A DNA stretch of 64,000 nt from Candidatus Poribacteria bacterium (GTDB lineage: Bacteria; Poribacteria; WGA-4E; PCPOR2b), in the NCBI GenBank assembly GCA_965218095.1, contig OZ244587.1, positions 5,696,001 through 5,760,000 on the forward strand, given 5' to 3'. Positions within the stretch are counted from its first letter, which is position 1; each line of letters opens with the position of its first letter. Shown in pieces: positions 50,886-61,979 of this stretch. A model generated the notes under the pieces. The model saw only the letters and a program-made list of their open reading frames with translations. It did no database searches and had not been told where the DNA came from. Both the position numbers and the translations under genes were made by a program.

Positions 50886-51719
50886 TTAAGCCGGTTTGCC
50901 CGGGGCATTGCGCCCATAAACATCAGTCACGATGCTGCCAACATCATCGATTTCAACCCGTAGCGACGTGTTCTGTCTGATTTCGACCAACTCCACAGGA
51001 GATCCGGGGATGACGAGACTGCCGCGATGAAGGCATGTGCCTTTTCGGGTCAGAAATCCGACTAGCCATCTCAGAGAATTGAGTGGACCTCCCATGATTT
51101 CAGAAGCTCGCGCTTGCGTGACCCGTGACCCATCTTTGAAGACGCGGAACATCTCATGTCGGAAACTTAGCCCGTGAGGAGACACCTTTTGCGCACCGAT
51201 GATTAAACACGTGTGAATCCCGTTCGACGCAATCAACTCCTGTGAAGTGTTGGGCGAGAACCAAAACTTAAAAAGGTGAACTTCAATGCCTGGCGAAACG
51301 AACTCGATGGCATCAATCAATATCTCATCATCCAAATGTTCGCAACAAAGATCTGTGTTGATTTTCAGAACCAACTCCGGTTCGATGGCACAGTTGATGA
51401 AATCATCCCAGAAGAACGGAACTCCCGCATCATACACATAAGGCTCATACAATCTTCCACAGATAGGCTCTGTGAGACCAAATTGCCGCTGAATAGCCGC
51501 ACTGGTGCATCCCACCTTGTAACCGACGACGGGCTCGCCGCGCGCCACTCGCTTGTCAGCCACTGCATCTTGAATCTGATAGGCTTGCTCGATTGATAGA
51601 TCGGAGATAGGGTGTGACATATCAGATTCAAACCGGCCGTCATAAAAGGCGTCAAAAAATGCCTGAGCGAGTGTTTCAATGCGTTTCATCAGCGTGTTCG
51701 TCTGTGTTGGGATGCACAT
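50886..51719 (-). CDS. 2-keto-4-pentenoate hydratase-like protein (FAH superfamily)
   Basis: AYQIQ, VGYKVGCTS, EPICGRL, IEPEL, MGGPLNSLRWL, VIPGS. Confidence 0.85.
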   Translation of the reverse strand: MCIPTQTNTLMKRIETLAQAFFDAFYDGRFESDMSHPISDLSIEQAYQIQDAVADKRVARGEPVVGYKVGCTSAAIQRQFGLTEPICGRLYEPYVYDAGVPFFWDDFINCAIEPELVLKINTDLCCEHLDDEILIDAIEFVSPGIEVHLFKFWFSPNTSQELIASNGIHTCLIIGAQKVSPHGLSFRHEMFRVFKDGSRVTQARASEIMGGPLNSLRWLVGFLTRKGTCLHRGSLVIPGSPVELVEIRQNTSLRVEIDDVGSIVTDVYGRNAPGKPA

Positions 51720-51899
51720 CGCCAGCTCTCCCCGGGCGTCAACAACCCGTGAGCAATCAATGTCTGGATAGCCCTTGTACTATCAGTTGCAGTTGAGCTA
51801 CCCTATTTCGGCAGATAATCTCGGAAATGGATAATCGCGTTCTCGTTGTCACAGTAGGTAATCGGTTTGGGAGAAAACCATTCAATTAGGGGTAGCTGA

Positions 51900-52363
51900 C
51901 GCGGCGGCAACGAAAAAAGTTCTATGGTGGTCATCGCCCCAGATGTAGAGGAGGACGTACTCGGCACCCTCATCGGTTTCTTCGGCGCGTATCAGTCTGC
52001 GATAGGCCTAATATACCCCGAAGCTGCCTACGCCATAATTGCCGATGGGTTCGCCTATGTGTGCGGCCAAGTATTCCTGCTAAGTCTCCTGGTCGCTCAC
52101 CTGGGCACCTTGGGTGAAACTGTTGCCATAGGTGTTGATGCGACGGGGCGGTCGGCGTACAGGACTGCGCTGCGGGTGCCATTTTTTTGCACAGTGTTGA
52201 TGGTAGAACTATTGTCGATGCCGTCTTTGGGCAGATAGTTACCGAGGATATACCCGACTTCCGGATCGAATTGGGCCCATGAGAGTTTTTTGGGGTCAAG
52301 GAAGTGGTCAATTTCTTCTCTGGTACAGGCTTTTGCCCGAATGTGTTGTTCAAAAGCCGTCAT
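51900..52363 (-). pseudogene. SGNH-hydrolase-like gene, frameshift plus two TAG stops, truncated
   Basis: RINTYGNSFTQGAQVSDQET*QEYLAAHIGEPIGNYGVGSFGVY*AYRRL; 3' boundary approximate. Confidence 0.7.
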
Positions 52364-52534
52364 ATTTGAGTTCTCCTCTATTTCAGTCGTTTATGCAAAG
52401 GGCATCGGCTGAAAGAAGCCTTGCCTCTGATGTTTTGCGAGTTTTGGCAGATTGTTATCCAGCCGCTTCACTTCGTTTAATCTCCTTTAAATCGTATGAG
52501 CCTAGTACAGCGTGGCGGAAGTCCTTTACCATTT

Positions 52535-52567
52535 AGAAACCGAGCTTTTGGCAAAAACTCGGTTTCT
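52535..52567. repeat. REP-like palindrome
   Basis: AGAAACCGAGCTTTT-GGC-AAAAACTCGGTTTCT. Confidence 0.65.
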
Positions 52568-52876
52568 TCTAACCGTTCAATTATTTCTGCCGCCGTATCT
52601 TCAACCATTGTTCCCGCAAGTCAGTGCCTACCGCTGCAGGCGAGTGTCCCACTCTTATATCACGGCTGAGATTTCGCGTCAACAGAAAACGCCGCTTAAT
52701 TTTTCTTTCCCCCCGACCGGCCGTCGTCGAGTCCGAGCGTCCTCCCACCCGTAGGATTCGGGGAAAAGGTCGGATGTCCTCGTTGTGCGGGATTCAAAGT
52801 AACTAGGGGATTTCGCTACGCGGGTTCGGCTCGGGGCTTTCTGAGAAATCTCTGCAAATTGACAGCGAAGAGACCG

Positions 52877-53877
52877 CTATATCCACCTACCCTCAATCAT
52901 CAACGTCAATGGCGATTCCGTCTCTTCAAGCGGCAGATGAATCCGACGTCTTTGCCGGGAAGACTCATAAATTGCCATGAGCAGTTCGAGGGTGGCGTAT
53001 CCCTGGTAACCACTTGAGCGGTGCTCTCGGTCTTCCTCGATAGCTGCAATCAGGTCTTGTACGGCGCCAATTTCAGACGGTGACTCCGGTGTCACCCATG
53101 CTCCACCGGACTCCTGGTTGCGGAAACGGAGAAACGGTCCGTCCGGAACAGCGAGTTCGATTTCGCCTTCTGTCCCGTAGCAGTAGATGTGGTGGTAACC
53201 CGGTGCGGTATCGGTGCCCGATTCAATAATGCCCCGAACATTGTTCTCAAACTTGAAGTAACCGAGTGCGAAATTTCGGAGTGCAGGTCATAGTTCATCG
53301 GCGTGCCGATGTGTTCAATCTGACCCATGACCCAAATGACGGGACAATCGCCGTAGAGAAATCGCATGATATCAACGGTATGCGTGGCATTGTCCTTCAG
53401 GTCGCCCTCGCCACAGATGCCATGAATCCGAAAGAGTTCACCGATAAGACCGTCCGCAATCATTTGTTTCGCGGTCACGTAGGCGTCGCTAAACCGCGTT
53501 TGATGGTCAATTGCCAATTTCACACCATGCTGCGAACACGCCTCAAGCATTGCCTGCGCCTGTCCGAGATTCTCCGCCATCGGTTTTTCAGAAAGAATTC
53601 CCTTCACACCCCGTTTCGCGGTTTCGATCACGATTGGTGCATGCAGTTTCGGGCGCGTACAAACCGAAACAATATCAATTTCTTCTGTTTCAAGCATTTC
53701 GATGTAATCGGTGTACTGTTTGTCGATGCCATACTTTTCGCTATAGGCTTTCATGTGTTCTGGGGCAACGTCGGCAACCGCGCAGAGGGTTGCCCTTGGT
53801 TCATTCAGATACCACCTGGTATGCATGTGAGAGATTCCACCGCAACCAATTATTGCAACGTTGTAGGTCTTGTCCAT
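52877..53877 (-). pseudogene. Gfo/Idh/MocA oxidoreductase with one frameshift near 53277
   Basis: IIGCGGIS, EKPMA, THTVD; alternate frame FALGYFKFENNVRG... continues into 52877-53095 (MAIYESSR). Confidence 0.88.
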
Positions 53878-54061
53878 TGTAGATTCCTCTTGTTCCTTTG
53901 CGATTCGTTTTTTTACTTCTGAGTAAGAGTCAGATTACCTTGTGAGCATCAAAGGTTTTGCAAAACTGTTGTCCTCTATCAATCCTATTGGAACGGTAAC
54001 GCACTTTGGACATTATCGTGGCAAATGAAGTTCTTGATGGTATAATACTCCCGGTTCCACT

Positions 54062-55030
54062 CTAATCCTCATCCCAATGCAACGTGACACACATCACTTC
54101 GTCGAGCCGTTCATAGAGCAACCTGAAGGCTTCGACTGCCTCGATTCTGCCATCAAGCCGATGCATGATCATCTTCTGTGGGAGAACTTGACCGCCCAGT
54201 AGCAACCCGAGCGCGACCTTCGATGCTTCAACCCGCCGGTAAGGGATGTGTCCGGCGCCGAGAATCTTTTTATTCATCACCTTGTGGACATCAAGGCGAA
54301 GGGGTTCTTTGTGATAGAGACCTATCAGCAGGATCGTCCCACTTGCCCGCGTCATCTCTTGGGCTTGAGAAAACGCCTTCACTCCAGCCGGTCCCCCAAC
54401 AGTTTCGATGACGACGTCTGCGCCGATGCTGTCTGTCAAACGTCTGATCGCCGCAACAGGATCTTCCGCGTTGAAATTAATGACTTCGTCGGCGCCGAGT
54501 TTCCTTGCGATTTGACGCCGCAAAGGAATCCCTTCGACAACGATGACCTTTTCCGGTCCTGTCATTCGCATGGCCTGCATGCAGAGGCTACCGATGAGCC
54601 CACTACCGAGAATGACGAGGGTATCCCCGGGTTTAATAGAGGAAGCCCAGGACCACATGACAGCGCTGGTCGTCAGCAGCCAGAAAGTTGCGTCCTCAAA
54701 CGTCAGTTCATCAGGTAGGTGTCGAACAGAGACTCCCGGTTCGACATCAACGGCGACATACTCCGCATGTGGGGCGCTTGCCATGATTCTGTCCCCTGGT
54801 GAAAACGCCGTGACTTCAGTTCCCACCGCCTCGATGACGCCCGCGGTGGAGTAACCTATGGCGCAGTGGGACAGAGCGCCTTCACTGGTATATCGACCGC
54901 CGATTTCTGATCTGCGGCTGATGAGAGTGACTTTGTTACGGACGAGCACCTATTGCGGACCCACCGAAGGAATTGGAGCGTCCTCAAGGACAAAATTGAA
55001 TTGACCATCGCGTTTCATCAAGCGTTTCAT
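54062..55030 (-). pseudogene. MDR-family (Zn-ADH-like) dehydrogenase with in-frame TAG at 54950-54952
   Basis: MKRLMKRDGQFNFVLEDAPIPSVGPQ*VLVRNK; GYSTAGVI, GSGLIG, GADVVIETVG. Confidence 0.82.
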
Positions 55031-55237
55031 CGTTTTTCGTTGCGGAAACCCCGTCCCGAAAGGGCAGGCTTTGCCGCGCTCCTTTTTTCCTTTGACTTTG
55101 TGTCACATCTTACGCAACACCTTCGACATTATACTGCATGATATTCTAACACACCATTCAGGTTATCAACAGCCAAAATAATTTACTGAGCCCTGAAACC
55201 GTTTCTTGAAAGAGGGAATTCCCTGCGTTTATAGGAA

Positions 55238-55266
55238 TTGCTTTTTTTACGGATTCTTGCTATAAT
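55238..55266 (+). promoter_or_regulatory. Candidate sigma70 promoter
   Basis: TTGCTT-N17-TATAAT with extended TG. Confidence 0.6.
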
Positions 55267-55368
55267 GTCGATTTCAAATCGCCATTGAAGTTCGAAGCAG
55301 AGGGAATGGAGGTTCTGATGCTTATGAAGCCAAAACGACTAGACGGATAATCGGCAAGGGGCTTTGAA

Positions 55369-55915
55369 ATGAAACTCACCAACCAACAGATTCGGTTCTT
55401 TGACACCTTTGGGTTCCTCACGTTTCCAGGCCTGTTCGCTGAGGAGATAGCGTCCATCACTGAGGCTTCGAGTGGGTCTGGACTGAGCATGGCGGCGGAC
55501 ACAACAACCAACCTCACGATCACAAGCGGTGATCCGCCTTGATTCACTTCATTGACCAGAACGAATACCTGAGCGCCCTAATTGATGACCCACGCATAGA
55601 GGGTATTGCTGCCTCGCTATTGGGAGACGACTTTAACTACGAGGGGAGTGATGGCAACTACTACGTGGGAGACACCCGCTGGCACTCAAACGACTACTAT
55701 CGCAAATACCTGACCATTAGATCCTCTATCTGGACTCCCTCACGCGAGACGCTGGCTGCTTGCGGGTCATTACCAGGTAGCTACCGTACGGGCGATGGAT
55801 TTGCTGATGCGGTAAACTAGGTGGTTTCTGGCTCCATAGAAAATGACGTGCTGGCGCATTGGGAGGTTCACGGTCGAGATGTTCCCGCAGTCGCCTTGGA
55901 AACGGCGCCAGGAGC
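55369..55915 (+). pseudogene. Phytanoyl-CoA dioxygenase (PhyH)-family gene, multiply disrupted
   Basis: MKLTNQQIRFFDTFGFLTFPGL; SDGNYYVGDTRWHS; GCLRVI; VALETAPG; several stops and shifts. Confidence 0.78.
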
Positions 55916-56063
55916 GGAGTCCCTGGACTGAAAGTTAAACAAACTATTTATAAAATACTTATGTCAAATCAAATTGTTATAATGTCTACTATATCTCGGC
56001 TTCGCTCAATGGACAAACCGGGCAAAAGCTTCCATGTAAATGTCTCCGATGTTTTTCTATTAT

Positions 56064-56255
56064 TTACACCGGAGATTCTTCGTGGTTCTGAGCGTGAGCA
56101 GACTGCGTTGCGAGCTCCATCATCAGAACCTCGCTAACCAGCAACTGCATTGATAAGGCAGCCTTTTGACCTGTACCTCCATCCTCTGCCTCGAAGAAGC
56201 CCTTCAGCCCCTTTCGGATTGCTCTGCTTAGGTCGGTAAGCTTTCAACTAGCCAT
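56064..56255 (-). pseudogene. Small peptide gene with TGA at codon 4
   Basis: GAAGGTG RBS; MAS*KLTDLSRAIRKGLKGFFEAEDGGTGQKAALSMQLLVSEVLMMELATQSAHAQNHEESPV. Confidence 0.45.
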
Positions 56256-56496
56256 TTCGATTTCACCTTCTTTCTCAATGAGAATTTCGGGTGATGTTGA
56301 GCCATCACCCGCGTGCACGGGATGATACCCTTTTATACACGTTTTCAACTTCCTTCTTAGGCCGAACTTGGGTGAGGATAATAGATCGAAGGGAGACTGT
56401 CAGCGAGGAGACATGCACGAAAATACTTCCAATCCGTTCCATCTTATGCGAAAATAGTTGCTCCATCAAGTCACTGAGTCGAGAGAGGCGTTTCCA

Positions 56497-59400
56497 ATGA
56501 AACCGGCATTGTCACGGTTCCTACTGCTCGGGCTTTTACTTTCCGGCGAAGTGTGGGAGGCAACTGCCCAACCCCAGGCAGATACAATCAGCATCGTCGG
56601 CACCCTCTTTATGCCAATGCCCGATCACACGACCCCGCATGTTGCTGTTCTTGTCCAGGCTGTTAGGGACGGGAAAGTGGTTGACACAACGTTGAGCGAT
56701 GAAGCGGGTCAGTTTTCGTTCGTCAACCTGAAGCTGGGACAGTACCAGGTACGATGTCAAACGCCGGCGGGGTATGTCTACCCGGTAAGGTATGTCTACC
56801 CGGTAAAGGGGGAAATTCATCAGGTCGTCGCTGGAGAAACGCTACAGGTTCATTTCCACATCGGTCCGTTCAAAAAAGGAACGTGGAAGCACTATGATAC
56901 CCTTGATGGATTGGCAGATAACGATGTCACCGCCATCTACCGCAGCCTCGATGGTGTCATGTGGTTCGGGACCGATGGCGGCGGTGTTTCTGTATACGAT
57001 GGCGAACGGTTCAACACCTTCACGACTCAGGACGGATTGGCGAGCAACTTCGTCCGTTCCATCTATAGCACAGATGATGCCGCCATCTGGTTCGCAACCC
57101 AAGGTGGCGTGTCTCGCTATGACGGTGCCCGTCGGAATGACGGGATGACATTCACCAACCTGACGGAAAAAGAGGGTTTGGTGCATAACGATGTCTACGC
57201 GGTTTATCAGACGCTAGATGGCATGCTGTGGTTTGGAACGGCAGGCGGCGTCTCCCAATACAACGGCAAAGGGTTCGTCAATTTGACGGAAGAAGAGGGG
57301 TTAGCACATGATCATGTCTATGCTATTTGTCAAACTTTAGATGGCGTGCTGTGGTTTGCGACACACGGGGGCGGCGTCTCTGCATACGATGGAAAGGGAA
57401 TTATCAAACGGCTGATGGAGGAGGACGGCTTGGCGGATAGCCGTGTCCATACCATCTATGCCGCTCCTGATGACACACTATGGTTTGGCACTGACAGCGG
57501 TGTCTCTGTGTACGATCAGAGTAAATTTATCACGCATCTCACGGAGAAGGCTGGGTTAGTGGACAACCGTGTGCACGCCATTTGTCGGGTGTCGGATGGT
57601 GCGATGTGGTTTGGTACACCGGCGGGCGCTTCTCGGTACGACGGAAAGACAGTGGTCAACTTCACCACAGGAGATGGTCTGAAACACAACCACGTCACCG
57701 TAATTCACGCCGCTCCTGATGGGACGATATGGTTCGGGACGGATGGCGGCGGTATTTCCGCCTACGATGGGGAAGGATTTGTCAGCTTCACTGCGGCAGA
57801 AGGGCTGGCAAGTAACTGGATTCATGATATCTATCAGGTGCCGGAGGGGGCAATATGGTTTGGGACATCGGGCGGGGTATCTCGGTACGACCTCCATCCG
57901 TCGCCCGGGACAGATGGACGCCGATTTGTTAATTTTACGACTCAGGATGGTCTGGTCAATAACACCGTACGGACTGTTTATCATGGACGAAAAGATACAG
58001 ATGGGGTGATGTGGTTTGGCACGGACAGCGGTGTATCTCAATACAATGCAGCCCACCATGCTGACGGGCTGCCGTTCGTTAATCTCACGACACAAGAGGG
58101 CCTAATCAACGACACCGTGAGAGCCATCCACCGCACGCCCGATGGAACGATGTGGTTTGGAACAGATGGGGGCGTCTCTGCGTATAACGGAGAACGGTTC
58201 GTCAATCTCACCGCCCAAGACGGGTTGGTGGACAACCGCATTCGTGCCATCTGTGACACGCCCGATGGGATTCTGTGGTTCGCAACACACGGTGGTGTGT
58301 CCCGTTATCATCTCACAGCGCGTGAAGATGAAAATCGGCTTCTCAACTTCACCGGCGAAGATGGGCTGCCGAGTCATTTCGTCAATGACCTCCTGCCTGC
58401 GCCCGGCGGTGTGATGTGGTTTGCGACATACAGCGGTGTATCTCGATACGATGCCTCCCCGCATTCCGATGGGGTGCCATTTGCCAATTTTACAATCAAA
58501 GATGGATTGGTGGATAACGAGGTCAACGCCCTTTATCGGAGCGGCGACGGAACGATGTGGTTTGGAACAGATGGGGGCGTCTCTATGTACGATGGTATTG
58601 CGTGGGGTTCTTTGGATACATGGGAAGGATTGGTCGGTGCCAACGTGACGGCGATTCACGAAGACACAAACGGATTCTTATGGTTCGGAACAACCGAAGG
58701 TGTCACGCGCTATCGTCGAAATACCGTGCCGTCAACGGTTCGTATCGTTACTGTAAGTGTTGCGTCCATGCGAGCGGATAGGCGATATACGCCTTCTGAG
58801 AAAATTCCATCTATCACTGCTGGCAGCTACGTCACCATCGAATATCAAGCCATCGATTTCAAAACCCACCCACAGAAGCGACAGTATCGCTATCGAATTC
58901 AAGAAATTGACAGAGACGAGCGTTCTATTGCGCGTCCTTATCTCCCGCCAACCAAAGAGACGGTGTTTGCGTGGACGCCCCAAAGAGCGGGTGTCTATAT
59001 TTTTGAAGTGCGGGCGATTGATCGCGATTTGAATGACTCTGCCCCCGCAAGTATGACGTTGAAAGTCGTGCCGCGGTGGTATCTCAACGCCTGGATCGCT
59101 ATTCCCTCGGTGATGTCGATTGCGGGCTTCCTCGTTCTGTTCATCGTTTTCGTCGGGCGTTACTATGCCAAGCGCCGCGAAGCACAACGATTACGGGGAG
59201 AGATGTTTCAACAGGAACAAAGTGCCCGTGAACAGGCGGAGGGAAACGCCAATACGCTTCGCGGTCTGGCTCACGCCGTTAAAAATCCGCTGGCAATCAT
59301 CGAAGCCTGCTCAGAAAATTTGGTGCTGTTAGAAGAGACAGCGCCTGTGGGAATGCATTCTAGAGGTGCCACCGGCAGATGCTTGCGAGAAATCAGAGAA

Positions 59401-59937
59401 CAGGTAAATCACGCGCGTCAGACGGTCAATCAACTACTTAAGGCAACGGCGCAACCCGAATTTCGGCTTTTTGATCTGCGCCTTGAGATTGAACTCCTGC
59501 TGCACGAAACGCTGCAAAGAAATCCAGATTGGGAGCATAAAATCACTCTTCGTAAACAGTGCGAAGCGATACCACACATCAACGGAGATGTGGATAAGCT
59601 GTGGATAGCATTTGAGAACGTCTTTATCAATGCGTGTGAAGCGATGGAGGAAACCGGTGGCACCCTTACCCTCCGAATGACCCGGACGGTTAATGCCATC
59701 CGAATTGATATACAAGACACCGGCTGCGGTATTAACGCGGAAGCGTTGCAAAATGTCTTTAAGCCGCTGTATTCTACCAAGAAGGATAGAGGCGGCACCG
59801 GTTTAGGCATGTGGATTGCGAAGCAAATTATTGATGAACACCGCGGGCAGATTGATATTCTGTCAAAACCCGACGTTGGAACAACCATCCATGTAGATTT
59901 GCCGATTTCTCCGGATGAGGCGACTACTGCGCTGTAA
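56497..59937 (+). CDS. Sensor histidine kinase with periplasmic beta-propeller (Reg_prop) repeats and YYY-like domain
   Basis: Signal peptide, many DGL..N.V.AI...DG.MWFGT.GGVS.YDG repeats, TM helix, LAHAVKNPL, N box, DTGCGI, GTGLG. Confidence 0.92.
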   Translation: MKPALSRFLLLGLLLSGEVWEATAQPQADTISIVGTLFMPMPDHTTPHVAVLVQAVRDGKVVDTTLSDEAGQFSFVNLKLGQYQVRCQTPAGYVYPVRYVYPVKGEIHQVVAGETLQVHFHIGPFKKGTWKHYDTLDGLADNDVTAIYRSLDGVMWFGTDGGGVSVYDGERFNTFTTQDGLASNFVRSIYSTDDAAIWFATQGGVSRYDGARRNDGMTFTNLTEKEGLVHNDVYAVYQTLDGMLWFGTAGGVSQYNGKGFVNLTEEEGLAHDHVYAICQTLDGVLWFATHGGGVSAYDGKGIIKRLMEEDGLADSRVHTIYAAPDDTLWFGTDSGVSVYDQSKFITHLTEKAGLVDNRVHAICRVSDGAMWFGTPAGASRYDGKTVVNFTTGDGLKHNHVTVIHAAPDGTIWFGTDGGGISAYDGEGFVSFTAAEGLASNWIHDIYQVPEGAIWFGTSGGVSRYDLHPSPGTDGRRFVNFTTQDGLVNNTVRTVYHGRKDTDGVMWFGTDSGVSQYNAAHHADGLPFVNLTTQEGLINDTVRAIHRTPDGTMWFGTDGGVSAYNGERFVNLTAQDGLVDNRIRAICDTPDGILWFATHGGVSRYHLTAREDENRLLNFTGEDGLPSHFVNDLLPAPGGVMWFATYSGVSRYDASPHSDGVPFANFTIKDGLVDNEVNALYRSGDGTMWFGTDGGVSMYDGIAWGSLDTWEGLVGANVTAIHEDTNGFLWFGTTEGVTRYRRNTVPSTVRIVTVSVASMRADRRYTPSEKIPSITAGSYVTIEYQAIDFKTHPQKRQYRYRIQEIDRDERSIARPYLPPTKETVFAWTPQRAGVYIFEVRAIDRDLNDSAPASMTLKVVPRWYLNAWIAIPSVMSIAGFLVLFIVFVGRYYAKRREAQRLRGEMFQQEQSAREQAEGNANTLRGLAHAVKNPLAIIEACSENLVLLEETAPVGMHSRGATGRCLREIREQVNHARQTVNQLLKATAQPEFRLFDLRLEIELLLHETLQRNPDWEHKITLRKQCEAIPHINGDVDKLWIAFENVFINACEAMEETGGTLTLRMTRTVNAIRIDIQDTGCGINAEALQNVFKPLYSTKKDRGGTGLGMWIAKQIIDEHRGQIDILSKPDVGTTIHVDLPISPDEATTAL

Positions 59938-59981
59938 CATTGGTTTTGAGATGTACAACAATCTACATCAGAAGTGGGCTG

Positions 59982-60043
59982 GTAAAACGTAATGCGTAAT
60001 ACGTAAGAGCCTTCTTCTGATGTTTCACGTTTTACTCTTTACG
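59982..60043. repeat. Inverted pair of heptamer arrays
   Basis: GTAAAAC GTAATGC GTAATAC GTAAGAG ... GTTTCAC GTTTTAC TCTTTAC. Confidence 0.7.
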
Positions 60044-60141
60044 ACTCGACCAAGCTTGCCGAGGTCTCACGCCGAACGCCAATCCACAGCAAGCGAGACT
60101 AGCAGCATTTATCTGACAGCGTACGACTGGGGGACGAAATC

Positions 60142-61557
60142 ATGCCAGATGAACCGGGAAAAGTCCTCATCGTCGAGGATGAAGAAATCTACGCAGACGT
60201 GTATAGCGCCAGGCTGGTTCCTCTAGGATATCAGATTGAGACAGCAACGGATGTGCAAACTGCTTCTCATAAACTGCGGGCGTTCCAGCCGGATATAGTT
60301 ATTCTCGATTTGAGATTGCAGCGCCAAGATAGTGAAGAAGGACTTACGTTTCTAAGGGAGATTACGGCATACAACCCTGACATCAAAGTGATTGTCGTCA
60401 CCGTTGAAGGGACGATAGAAAACGCCATGAGAGCTCACAAGCTGGGTGCCTATGATTTCATTGAGAAAAAAACGCAAGGCTATAACGAACTTCCCTTCCG
60501 AGTCAATCAGGCTTATGAGAAGTTGCTGTTAGAACGCCGAATCGCAGAGTTGCAACAATCCGAAATTGACCGTATAAAAGGGTATCGCTACGGCTCCGAC
60601 AAGGTCATCGTTGGGGATTCCGAATGTATGCACCGTCTGTTTGAGCAAATGAACCGCGTCGCTTCAACAAACACAACCGTCCTCATCCTCGGTGAAAGCG
60701 GAACAGGGAAAGAACTGGTCGCCCAAGCGATTCACTATCACAGCCCCAGAGCCAGTCAGCCCTTTGTCGCGGTTGCCTGTGGACAAACAGAGAAGACCCT
60801 GCTCGGCAGCGAACTTTTTGGACATGAACGGGGGGCGTTCACCGGTGCAACAGGGCGAAAAGAAGGAAAATTTGAGACTGCCAACAACGGCACCATCTTC
60901 TTCGACGAAATTGCTGAACTCGATGCGGATTCTCAAGTGAAACTCCTGCGCGTCTTGCAGGAAAGACGGTTTGAACGGCTCGGCGGAAGGCAGACCATTG
61001 AAGTGGATGTCCGAGTGATTGCAGCGACGAATAAAAATCTGGAGCAGGCAGTCCAAGAAGGCACATTTCGAGAGGATCTCTACTATCGAATCAACGTTTT
61101 TCCGTTACACGTGCCTCCATTACACGAGCGCAAATCCGATATACCGCTGCTCTCCACCCATTTTCTCACTCAAAAATCGCATCTAACCCATGGCAAACAG
61201 ATCAGAGGCTTTCAGGAAGCAGCAATGGTGTTTTTAATGAGCTACTCATGGCCAGGGAACGTCCGTGAACTGGAAAACCGTATCGAGCAAGCGGTAGTAT
61301 TAGCCACAGGTGATTGGATTTCTGCCGCTGACATCCAGATTGACACCGCTAGACAATTCGATACCGAGAACAGAGCGCTTACCGAGTTGGTTGATGAATA
61401 CGAGCGAATTTTAATCATCGACGCGCTTGAGGGTGCTGTAGACCAGAAGGCTGCGGCAGACCATCTCGGTATCCCTGAACCAACGCTGAGATATAAGATG
61501 GATAAATACAATATTGAGAGGAGTCGATCCAGAAAACCTCGCAAAAATCTGCGATAA
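60142..61557 (+). CDS. NtrC-family sigma54-dependent response regulator
   Basis: Receiver, GESGTGKE, GAFTGA, FREDLYYR, WPGNVREL, Fis HTH. Confidence 0.95.
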   Translation: MPDEPGKVLIVEDEEIYADVYSARLVPLGYQIETATDVQTASHKLRAFQPDIVILDLRLQRQDSEEGLTFLREITAYNPDIKVIVVTVEGTIENAMRAHKLGAYDFIEKKTQGYNELPFRVNQAYEKLLLERRIAELQQSEIDRIKGYRYGSDKVIVGDSECMHRLFEQMNRVASTNTTVLILGESGTGKELVAQAIHYHSPRASQPFVAVACGQTEKTLLGSELFGHERGAFTGATGRKEGKFETANNGTIFFDEIAELDADSQVKLLRVLQERRFERLGGRQTIEVDVRVIAATNKNLEQAVQEGTFREDLYYRINVFPLHVPPLHERKSDIPLLSTHFLTQKSHLTHGKQIRGFQEAAMVFLMSYSWPGNVRELENRIEQAVVLATGDWISAADIQIDTARQFDTENRALTELVDEYERILIIDALEGAVDQKAAADHLGIPEPTLRYKMDKYNIERSRSRKPRKNLR

Positions 61558-61585
61558 TAGGGATCGGCATCGCAGGTTTTTGCGA
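61539..61585. promoter_or_regulatory. Candidate enhancer: two TCGCA-N6-TGCGA palindromes 31 bp apart
   Basis: TCGCAAAAATCTGCGA (61539-61554) and TCGCAGGTTTTTGCGA (61570-61585). Confidence 0.6.
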
Positions 61586-61979
61586 TACCGCCGAATTGCT
61601 GCGTATGCAAGGCATCTCGTGATTATCTGCCGAATTCAAAACAGCCATAAGCGCAATAATCTGCGAACTCACAGGGTGGGAAAAGTGAGGAATGATGAGT
61701 CATGTGGTCAGATTCCACTAACATTAACAGAATTTGAAACCAAATGACAAAGAGTTGTAATGGTCAGGAAGATGGTAGACACTAACCGCTCGGCTACCCC
61801 CGGCCCCGCAAGCGGGGAGAAAGAATTGCCAAATCCAAGCTACATCCGATGGATTTGGCACGGTTGCAAAGTACCCACCCCCTCTAGCTCCCCCTTAAAA
61901 GGGGGAGAACTCTCCATCGGGAGCCGTAAAATGTGTATACCTCCCATTGACCAATACACAAATGACAAGGAGTCCTCAA

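Noticed and set aside
56880-58720. Repeat array or DGR-like template
   Set aside because: Divergent in-frame propeller repeats; no reverse transcriptase or adenine-specific variation.
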